DNA of 64,000 nt from a bacterium (GTDB lineage Bacteria; Desulfobacterota; Binatia; HRBIN30; CADEER01). The position numbers were made by a program, and so were the translations under genes. Location of the stretch: NCBI GenBank assembly GCA_031401035.1, contig JANNRA010000127.1, positions 4,001-68,000 of the forward strand, read 5' to 3'. The notes beneath the pieces are model-generated. The model saw only the letters and a program-made list of their open reading frames with translations. It was not told where the DNA came from and ran no database searches. Numbering within the stretch: position 1 is the stretch's first letter; every line of letters starts with the position of its first letter. Below, piece by piece: positions 1 through 9,245 of this stretch.

Positions 1-126
1 CTGCTGAATCACCCGCCGCGCCTCGGCGGGCGACGTGAGGGGCTTCGCCGTGTAGGGCAGAAAGGTCCGGCAGGCCGGCAGCAGGACTAGCACGCAGACG
101 AGAGCGAGCCGGGACGTCGTGCGCAT
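1..126 (-). CDS. Partial gene (N-terminus only): putative lipoprotein
   Basis: The reverse complement from 126 reads ATG..MRTTSRLALVCVLVLLPACRTF.., a signal peptide with a lipobox-like LLPAC. The frame stays open to the window edge. It is too short for the ORF track. Confidence 0.4.
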   Translation of the reverse strand, partial: MRTTSRLALVCVLVLLPACRTFLPYTAKPLTSPAEARRVIQQ

Positions 127-220
127 CCCCGGCCCTATAGCGGTCGACGTCCGTGGTTCCAACAACAGCGGCCGGCCGCCGTGCGAGCCGCCCTCCGATT
201 GTCCGGTCACCAACTCTGAG

Positions 221-250
221 CCCCCCGAGCAATCGGGGGGTTTCTTCCTT
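221..250 (+). terminator. Intrinsic-terminator-like hairpin oriented on the + strand
   Basis: The stem is CCCCCCGA (221-228) paired with TCGGGGGG (233-240), with loop GCAA, followed by TTTCTTCCTT (241-250). The T-tract is present only on the + strand. Confidence 0.45.
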
Positions 251-300
251 AAAGTCGCTCGTCGCACGTGGCACGCGGTCGACGCCGCGACCGCGCGGCG

Positions 301-2478
<2,178 letters not shown>

Positions 2479-2741
2479 GCCGCGGCTACCCCCGCGGCCG
2501 GCCCTTCGACCGCCACCTGCGCCGCCTCAGCGCGGCGGATCGACAAACTGCAGCCGCGCACCAACAGCTCCATCGGATCGCCGAGCGGCGCGACGCCGAC
2601 GATCTCCACCGCCGTCCCCGGCACCAGCCCGAGCTCCATCAGGCGACGCCGGAAGGCCCGGCTACCGCCGACGCGGGCGATGCGGTGCTGATGTCCACGG
2701 GCGGCGTCGGCGAGGGTCATGACTCCCTGACGGTGGCATTA

Positions 2742-2758
2742 TTGAAAACGACTTTCAA
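2742..2758. promoter_or_regulatory. AT-rich palindrome TTGAAA-N5-TTTCAA, a candidate Fur-type operator for feoAB
   Basis: Perfect 6-bp inverted repeat (TTGAAAacgacTTTCAA) embedded in cattattgaaaacgactttcaac. It lies 22-38 nt upstream of the feoA ATG, in the divergent intergenic region, and is the only AT-rich patch there. Confidence 0.35.
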
Positions 2759-2820
2759 CTTCAGACTGGCGATCGCGGCGGCGGGACGCGCGGACGACCG
2801 ATCCCTGCTAGAAGCGCCCG

Positions 2821-3894
2821 GTGATGCGGCGACTGGTGTTGGTGGGCGGCGGCCATGCGCATCTCTTCGTGCTCGCGGCGCTGGGGGCCGCGCCCGAGCC
2901 CGGGCTGACGGTGACGCTCGTCTCGCCCGCCCCGATGTCGCTTTACTCCGGCATGGCGCCCGGGGTGATCGCCGGCACCTACGCCCAGCGCGCGGCGCAA
3001 ATTGACGTCGAGCGCCTGGCGCGGCGCGCCGGCGCGGCATTTGTCGCCGCGCGCGTCGTGGCGATCGACGGCGCCGGGCGCCGTCTGTACACCGATGCGG
3101 GCGGCCCGCTCGACTACGATCAGGCCTCGTTCGATATCGGCGCCGCGACGGCGCTCGAGATCCCCGTCGACGCCGGCGCGACGGTCGTCCCCGTCAAGCC
3201 GCTGGAAGCGACGCTCAGTGCCCTGTGCGGCCCGATCGCCGGCGCCGTCGCCATCCTCGGCGCTGGCGCCGCCGGCGTTGAACTGGCCTTCGCGCTGGCC
3301 GCCCGCCGTGCCGCGGTGACGCTGCTCGATCTCGCCCCGACTCCCCTGCCCTCGTTCCATCCGCGCGTCCGCCGCCTCGCCGTGCGCGCCCTTGCGGCCG
3401 CCGGCGTCACCTGGCGCGGTAACGCGCCAGCGGCCGCGGTCGCCCGCGACGGCGTGACGCTGCGCGACGGCGGTCACATCGCGGCCGCGTTGGTGGTCGC
3501 CGCCAGCGGCGTCGGCCGCCAGACGCTGTTCACCACCGCCGGGCTGCCGACCGACGCGCGCGGCGCCCTCCGCGTCGGCGACGACCTGCGCTGCACCGAT
3601 CACCCGCAGCTGTTCGCCGCCGGCGACTGCGCCGCCCTGGCCGGCCACCCGCGGCTCGCCAGGTCTGGTGTCCACGCCGTACGGCAGGGTCCGCTGCTGG
3701 CCCGCAACCTGTTGGCCGCTACCCGTGGCACTGCGCTCGTTCCGTATCGGCCGCGCAGACACAGCCTGGCGCTGCTCAGCACGGCGGACGGCCGTGCCAT
3801 CCTCGCCTACGGCGGCCTGGCTGGGCACGGCGCGGCGGCGTGGCGCCTGAAGGATTGGATCGACCGCCGCTTCATCGCCCGCTTCGACCGCTGA
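2821..3894 (+). CDS. FAD-dependent pyridine nucleotide-disulfide oxidoreductase (NDH-2-like, SelD-N-terminal-like family)
   Basis: N-terminal dinucleotide-binding motif RRLVLVGGGHAH, a second GAGAAGVELA Rossmann motif, and the FAAGDCA motif near the C-terminus. Confidence 0.8.
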   Translation: MMRRLVLVGGGHAHLFVLAALGAAPEPGLTVTLVSPAPMSLYSGMAPGVIAGTYAQRAAQIDVERLARRAGAAFVAARVVAIDGAGRRLYTDAGGPLDYDQASFDIGAATALEIPVDAGATVVPVKPLEATLSALCGPIAGAVAILGAGAAGVELAFALAARRAAVTLLDLAPTPLPSFHPRVRRLAVRALAAAGVTWRGNAPAAAVARDGVTLRDGGHIAAALVVAASGVGRQTLFTTAGLPTDARGALRVGDDLRCTDHPQLFAAGDCAALAGHPRLARSGVHAVRQGPLLARNLLAATRGTALVPYRPRRHSLALLSTADGRAILAYGGLAGHGAAAWRLKDWIDRRFIARFDR

Positions 3895-3977
3895 CGCGGG
3901 CCCGCGCGGGAGTGCCCGGAGCGGTTGACTCCGCCGCCCCGGCGGGGGATGCGCGGGCCGACCTGAGGAGGGCTTCC

Positions 3978-5732
3978 GTGCCGCAGACTGGCTCTGTCCG
4001 CATCTTCGACCGCCGCTTCGCGCGCCAGCTGTTGCAGCTCACGCGCGTCTACTGGACCTCGCCGGATGCCGGCCGCGGCGCCGTGCTGCTCGCCCTCTGC
4101 GTCGCCGGCGAACTCGGCACCGTCTACGGCACGGTACGCCTCGCCGGCGCCCAGGCGCACGTCTTCGACGCCGTCCAGAACAAGCAGTGGCCGGCGTTCC
4201 TGACGGCGATGGAGATCTTCCTCGCCATCGCGCTGTTGGTGGTGTTCGTCTCCACCTACCGCATGTACGTCCGCAACATCCTGCAGATCCGCTGGCGCGA
4301 GCGCCTCACCGACCACTTCCTCGGCGCCTGGATGGGGCCGCACGCTTTCTGCCACCGCGAGCTGCACCACAAGCAGACCGACAACCCCGACCAGCGCATC
4401 TCCGAGGACGTGCAGAGCTACGTCGCCAGCGCCCTCGGCCTCTCCCTGTCTCTGCTCTCGGCGGTGGCGACGCTGATCTCCTTCTCCAGCATCCTGTGGC
4501 GCCTGTCGGGGGAGTGGCCGCTGCGCATCGGCGCCAGCGAGTACCACATCCCCGGCCTGATGATGTGGGTGGCGATCCTCTACGCGCTGACCGCCACCTG
4601 GCTCACCAACCGCGTCGGCCGGGCGCTGGTGTCGATCAACTTCGACCGCCTGCGCTACGAGGCTGACTTCCGCTACGGATTGGTGCGCTTCCGCGACCAT
4701 GTCGAGGCGGTGGCGCTGTCGCGCGGCGAGGCGGTCGAGCGCAGCGGCGCACTGGGGCGCTTCGGCAACGTGGTCGGCAACTGGTGGCGGCTGATCACCG
4801 CGCAGCGCAATCTCTCCCTGCTCACCACCGGCATCGGCCAGGCCAACGGCGTCGTGCCGCTGCTGGTCGCCGCGCCGGCCTTCTTCGCCGGCCGCATGAC
4901 CCTCGGCGCGCTCACTGAGACCGGCGTTGCCTACGGCCAGGTGTCGGGCGCCCTCTCCTGGTTCGTCGATGCGTACCAGGAGATCGCCGCCTGGCGCGCC
5001 AGCGTCGAGCGCCTGGCCACTTTCAGCGACATGCTCGGCAGTGCCCGCGTCGCGCTGACGCAGGATAACGGCATCAAGGTCGCGGTCGGCACGTCGCCGG
5101 CGCTGCGCCTGATCGACCTGACCCTGGCCGAGCCCGACGGGCCGCCGCTCGCCGAGCACCTCGACGCCACCGTGCCCGCCGGCGAGCGCGTCGCCCTGCT
5201 CGGCCCGGCCGGCCAGCTCAAGACAACGCTGTTCCGCGCCATCGCCGGTATCTGGCCGTTCGGCAGCGGCCGCATCGAACTGCCGGCGGCGGCCAAGGCG
5301 GTCTTCGTGCCGCACCAACCCTACCTGCCGATCGGCACGCTGCGCGATGCGGTCTCGTACCCAGCCGTCGCCGGTACCTTTGCGGACGCGGACATCGCCG
5401 CGGCGCTGCGCCTGGTCGATCTCGAGCCGCTCGCCGCCCGACTCGACGAGGTCGAACCCTGGGATCAGGAACTGTCGATCGACGAACAGCTGTGCCTCAC
5501 CTTCGCCCGCGCCCTGCTGCAACGGCCGGACTGGATCGTCATGGACGACGCCACCGCCGGGCTCGACGAGCGCATGGAGCGGCGGGTCTTCGACCTGCTC
5601 GCCAAAGAGCTGCCCGGCGCGAGCCTGCTGTCGATCACCAACCGCCCGGCGGTGGCGAGCTACCTGCCACGGCGCCTGACGCTCGAGGTGGGAGACGGGA
5701 AGGCGACCATTCACGCGACTCCGGCGGGTTGA
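3978..5732 (+). CDS. SbmA/BacA-type (YddA-like) ABC half-transporter, fused TMD-NBD with degenerate NBD motifs
   Basis: The family-typical NPDQRISEDV motif is in the TMD. The NBD shows GPAGQLKT (Walker A), LSIDEQ (signature), IVMDDATAGLD (Walker B) and SITNR (H-loop position). The start is set at GTG 3978, preceded by GAGGAGG at a 6-nt spacing. The track ORF start at 3840 overlaps the upstream gene. Confidence 0.85.
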   Translation: MPQTGSVRIFDRRFARQLLQLTRVYWTSPDAGRGAVLLALCVAGELGTVYGTVRLAGAQAHVFDAVQNKQWPAFLTAMEIFLAIALLVVFVSTYRMYVRNILQIRWRERLTDHFLGAWMGPHAFCHRELHHKQTDNPDQRISEDVQSYVASALGLSLSLLSAVATLISFSSILWRLSGEWPLRIGASEYHIPGLMMWVAILYALTATWLTNRVGRALVSINFDRLRYEADFRYGLVRFRDHVEAVALSRGEAVERSGALGRFGNVVGNWWRLITAQRNLSLLTTGIGQANGVVPLLVAAPAFFAGRMTLGALTETGVAYGQVSGALSWFVDAYQEIAAWRASVERLATFSDMLGSARVALTQDNGIKVAVGTSPALRLIDLTLAEPDGPPLAEHLDATVPAGERVALLGPAGQLKTTLFRAIAGIWPFGSGRIELPAAAKAVFVPHQPYLPIGTLRDAVSYPAVAGTFADADIAAALRLVDLEPLAARLDEVEPWDQELSIDEQLCLTFARALLQRPDWIVMDDATAGLDERMERRVFDLLAKELPGASLLSITNRPAVASYLPRRLTLEVGDGKATIHATPAG

Positions 5733-5748
5733 GGGCGCCTGCAATCAT

Positions 5749-5829
5749 GGAGGGCGCCCCGCCGTGGGCGCCTGTTGAAATGGGGCCTCCGCCACCCGCT
5801 GCAACAGGCGCCCACGGGGGGCGCCCTCC
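5749..5829. repeat. Palindromic intergenic element, copy A of a GGAGGGCGCC...GGCGCCCTCC family
   Basis: The left arm is ggagggcgccccgccgtgggcgcctgttg (5749-5777), the loop is 24 nt, and the right arm is caacaggcgcccacggggggcgccctcc (5802-5829). It lies between convergent genes. A second copy with identical architecture is at 27750-27831. Confidence 0.75.
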
Positions 5830-5898
5830 AAGGGGCGAGGCGGTGGCGGTTCCTCGCTCGTGTCGTGAATCCGAAATCCCGGCCACGGACGAGCTCGA

Positions 5899-7083
5899 CT
5901 AGAGATCGACGAAGACGATGCGCAGGCTGAGCGACAGGACGAACGTGTCGAAGTTCCCCTGCAGGGTGGGCTGGCCGCGGAAGCGCACCTCGTGGCCGCG
6001 CGAGATGACGTACTTGGCCAGCGCCCCGACGGCGACATTGCTGATCACCCAGTAGTCGACGCCGGCGCCCAGGGCGCCGACCGGCGTCAGATCGTTGCCC
6101 TTCAGGCCGAGCGATTTGCCGGTGCCGTTGAGATCACTGACCTGCCCCACCTCCGCGCCGACGCCGGCAAGCAGATACGGCTCGAGCCGATCGTTCAACA
6201 ACGGATAGCGCAGCCGCCCCTGCACCAGAACCGGGAACAGGGAGTACTCGCCGATCGCCCCGTCACTGCCGTAGTGCAACTGGTACTCGTAGTTGTCCAT
6301 CGAGACCTCGACGGCGGCGTAGCGTCCGATGGTGCTCCCCAGGGTGAAGCCGAACTGGCTGGCGAAGTTGCTCCCGAAGAGCGACTGCTCGGGCTGGATG
6401 CCGATGCCCGAGAAGGGCATCGTCGTCGCCGGTAGCGCTCCACCGGTGCGTAGGTCCATGTACAGCCGAGCGACGGCGGCACTGGCACTGGCCTGCCCGG
6501 CGGCCGGGTCGAGCTGCGGGTAGAACAGGCGCACGCCGACGGTCAGCAGCGGCGCCCCGAGCGAGGTGGCGCCGCTGCGCCCGCCGCTCTCATAGTCGAT
6601 GACGCCGGAGAACAGGTACTTGCCCTCGAAGCCGATGGCGACGTTGTCGGCGACGAAGTACTCCAGACCGGCGCCGGCGCTACCGGCGGCGTGAACCTCG
6701 GTCTTGCCGTTGTCCCAATGCACCGAGGTCTTGGCGTCGTTGGCCTGGGACACGGCCAACCCGACGCCACCAACCAGGTACGGGGTGAGGCGGTCGTCGA
6801 GCAGCGGATAGCGCAGCCGCACCTGCGGCATCAGGCCGAGGACGCTCATCTCGCTGAGCGAGCCGACTTTGCGCTCGTAGGAGTCGATCGCGAACTCGGC
6901 GCCCAGATAGCGATTGTAGTTGAAGCCGATGACGCCGCCGATGGCGTCGTGGGCGTTTGTCAGCGACAGCGCGTCATAGCGCAGGCCCGCGTACCAGCGC
7001 AGACGGTCGCTGTCCTCGCCTCGGGCCGCCACCGCACCGAGCAGGAACGCCACAATCCCCACACCACGCCAGACTCGCCCCAT
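5899..7083 (-). CDS. Outer-membrane beta-barrel protein with two tandem OmpW/OMP_b-brl-like halves
   Basis: Signal peptide MGRVWRGVGIVAFLLGAVAARG and a C-terminal aromatic-rich beta-signal (LSLSLRIVFVDL). The two halves share RLRYPLLDDRLTPYLVGGVGLAV and RLRYPLLNDRLEPYLLAGVGAEV. The start is set at the internal ATG 7083. Confidence 0.75.
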   Translation of the reverse strand: MGRVWRGVGIVAFLLGAVAARGEDSDRLRWYAGLRYDALSLTNAHDAIGGVIGFNYNRYLGAEFAIDSYERKVGSLSEMSVLGLMPQVRLRYPLLDDRLTPYLVGGVGLAVSQANDAKTSVHWDNGKTEVHAAGSAGAGLEYFVADNVAIGFEGKYLFSGVIDYESGGRSGATSLGAPLLTVGVRLFYPQLDPAAGQASASAAVARLYMDLRTGGALPATTMPFSGIGIQPEQSLFGSNFASQFGFTLGSTIGRYAAVEVSMDNYEYQLHYGSDGAIGEYSLFPVLVQGRLRYPLLNDRLEPYLLAGVGAEVGQVSDLNGTGKSLGLKGNDLTPVGALGAGVDYWVISNVAVGALAKYVISRGHEVRFRGQPTLQGNFDTFVLSLSLRIVFVDL

Positions 7084-7317
7084 AAACCCTGCCCAACTCT
7101 CCGGCGCCGCACCACAGCACAGCCGATGGCCGCTTGCACGGCAGACGGTCGAATTCGACCCCCAGCGAACTTTTCTGTTGCGCGAACCGCATCGAACGCG
7201 CTTATGGTGGAGGGGTTCGTAATGAATGGCGGTCGGGCTGGGCAAGAGCGCGAGCCGCCCTGGGGCAGGCACGGGAGGGCAATCCCGGGCCGGCAGATCA
7301 ATCGGGGGGTGGTCGGT

Positions 7318-7524
7318 ATGGACGTGAACGTTTTGATGGGGGCCGTCACGGGGTTGATGCTGAGCGGCCTGCTGGTGACTTCGCGCCAGGAGTGCGCGCA
7401 ATGGCTACTGCCGGCGACCGCGTCGGCGCAACGCTGGACGCCGCCGATCTCGGGCGCCGTCACCGGTACCGGTATCTTCATCGCCAGCGCCAGCCTGTGG
7501 CTGCTGCTGGCGGCACTGCGCTGA
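7318..7524 (+). CDS. Hypothetical small membrane protein (68 aa)
   Basis: MDVNVLMGAVTGLMLSGLLV...GIFIASASLWLLLAALR has two hydrophobic segments, and a G-rich stretch precedes the ATG. It lies in an otherwise gene-free 470-bp gap and could be a spurious frame. Confidence 0.25.
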   Translation: MDVNVLMGAVTGLMLSGLLVTSRQECAQWLLPATASAQRWTPPISGAVTGTGIFIASASLWLLLAALR

Positions 7525-7554
7525 TCACCGGACGCGCCGTGGGGCCTGCGGTCT

Positions 7555-8481
7555 CTACGGCGCGTCGGTCTCGGCCGCGCTCGCGGCCAGTTCCTCGGCG
7601 GCGCGGCGCGGCTGCGACAGCACCACCAGCGTCACCGCCAGCAGGGTGAGCGCTGCCCCGGCGAGTTGCAGCGGCCGCAGGATCTCGCCGAGGAACACCG
7701 CCGCGCCGACGCAGGCCACCACCGGTACGGCGAGGAACATGATCGACACCACGAACGCCGACGTGTGCGGGTGGGCCCAGTTGGCCAGGAAGTGCCCGAG
7801 CGTGCCCGGCAGCACCGCCAGACAGAGCAGCACCGCCCAGTCCGAGCCGCGCGGCGAGGCGAGATCCTGACCGGTAGCGACGCAGAGGACGAGGACGATG
7901 AGGCCGGCGACGGTGGTGAGGCCGAGCAGGTACTCGACCGCGCCGGCGTGGTCGCGGATGCGCTTGGAGGCGAGGAAGTAGGCGGTGAAGGCGAACAGGT
8001 TGGCGGTCGCCAACCCGTCGCCGCCGGGACTCCAGCCCGGCAGGCCCGCGGCGCCGACGAGCACCAGCAGGGCGCCGGCGACCGCCACCAGCGACCAGCC
8101 GAGGGCGCTGCGGCTCGCCGCCTCGCCGAACCAGCGGCGCGCCGCCAGCAGCACCAACGGCGGCTGCAGCGCCCCGATGAGCGCGACGTTGGCGACCGTG
8201 GTGTGCTTGAGGGCGCTGAAGAACAGCACCTGGTGCAGGGCGAAGAGCGAGCCGCCGACGAGGGCCGCGTGCAGCCAGGCGCGGTCGAGCCGCGCCCGCG
8301 TCTGCGGCCGCGCCAGGGCGATCACCCAGAGCAGCGGGATCGAGAACCACAGCCGGTAGAAGGAGGCCACCAGGCCGGTCACCGGCACCGCCTTGATCAC
8401 CACGTTGCTGCAGCCCCAGATGACCACCACCAGGGCGATGGCGAGCAGCGCCAGGCGTTCGCGCGACTCGGATGGCAGCAC
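7555..8481 (-). CDS. EamA/DMT family transporter
   Basis: 308 aa with about 10 hydrophobic segments and the two-EamA-repeat pattern (LLAIALVVVIWGCSNVVIK...). Confidence 0.85.
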   Translation of the reverse strand: MLPSESRERLALLAIALVVVIWGCSNVVIKAVPVTGLVASFYRLWFSIPLLWVIALARPQTRARLDRAWLHAALVGGSLFALHQVLFFSALKHTTVANVALIGALQPPLVLLAARRWFGEAASRSALGWSLVAVAGALLVLVGAAGLPGWSPGGDGLATANLFAFTAYFLASKRIRDHAGAVEYLLGLTTVAGLIVLVLCVATGQDLASPRGSDWAVLLCLAVLPGTLGHFLANWAHPHTSAFVVSIMFLAVPVVACVGAAVFLGEILRPLQLAGAALTLLAVTLVVLSQPRRAAEELAASAAETDAP

Positions 8482-8572
8482 GGCGGCACTCGATCACGCC
8501 GCCGCCGTCGACTCAACGTGGTCCGCCGACGCGTATTGTGCTTGCCGACCCAGCCCTATAGGAGCCCGTCGC

Positions 8573-9220
8573 ATGGAGTTCCTCAAGGAAATTCTCGATG
8601 TGTTCCTGCACCTCGACGCGCATCTCAATGACCTCGCGGTCACCCTCGGGCCGTGGCTCTACGTCCTGCTGTTCGCGATCATTTTTTGCGAGACCGGCCT
8701 GGTGGTCATGCCCTTCCTGCCCGGCGACTCGCTGCTCTTCGCCGTCGGCGCCCTGGCGGCGATCGAGGGGTCGCCGCTGTCGCTCCCCGTCATCATCGCC
8801 GCGCTGATCGTCGCGGCGGTCCTCGGCGACGCGCTCAACTACGCCATCGGCTATCGCATCGGCCCCAGGGTGTTCACCAGCGAGACCTCGCGGCTGCTCA
8901 ACAAAGAGCACCTGGTACGTACGCAGCGCTTCTACGAGAAGTACGGCGCCAAGACGATCATCATCGCCCGCTTCATGCCCATCGTGCGCACCTTCGCTCC
9001 GTTCGTCGCCGGCATCGGCCAGATGCGCTACGCGCGCTTCGCGGCCTACAACGTCGTCGGCGGCATCGTCTGGGTCGTCTCGTTCACGGTCGCCGGCTAC
9101 GTCTTCGGCAACGTGCCGGCGGTGAAGAGCAACTTCCACTACGTGATCCTGGCGATCATCGTCCTGTCGGTGCTGCCGCCGGTCATCGAGTTCCTGCGCG
9201 CTCGGCGCGAAACCGCCTGA
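8573..9220 (+). CDS. DedA family membrane protein
   Basis: MEFLKEILDVFLHLD...FCETGLVVMPFLPGDSLLF and ARFMPIVRTFAPFVAG are typical DedA/SNARE-associated motifs. The start is set at the internal ATG 8573. Confidence 0.9.
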   Translation: MEFLKEILDVFLHLDAHLNDLAVTLGPWLYVLLFAIIFCETGLVVMPFLPGDSLLFAVGALAAIEGSPLSLPVIIAALIVAAVLGDALNYAIGYRIGPRVFTSETSRLLNKEHLVRTQRFYEKYGAKTIIIARFMPIVRTFAPFVAGIGQMRYARFAAYNVVGGIVWVVSFTVAGYVFGNVPAVKSNFHYVILAIIVLSVLPPVIEFLRARRETA

Positions 9221-9245
9221 GGCGCATGCAGGTCGTTGTCCACCG

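Noticed and set aside
3807-5744. 645-aa ORF antisense to the ABC transporter gene
   Set aside because: It has a mirror-frame composition (Arg/Gly/Asp/Glu/Ala-rich) and no recognisable domain. The opposite strand encodes a convincing SbmA/BacA-type transporter.
5749-5829. Palindromic elements considered as integron attC sites or IS terminal inverted repeats
   Set aside because: The GTTG/CAAC-like cores lie next to the loop rather than at the outer ends as in attC sites. There is no integrase, no cassette array and no transposase ORF between the arms, and the arms are contiguous hairpins. They are better described as REP/MITE-like or terminator-like structures.
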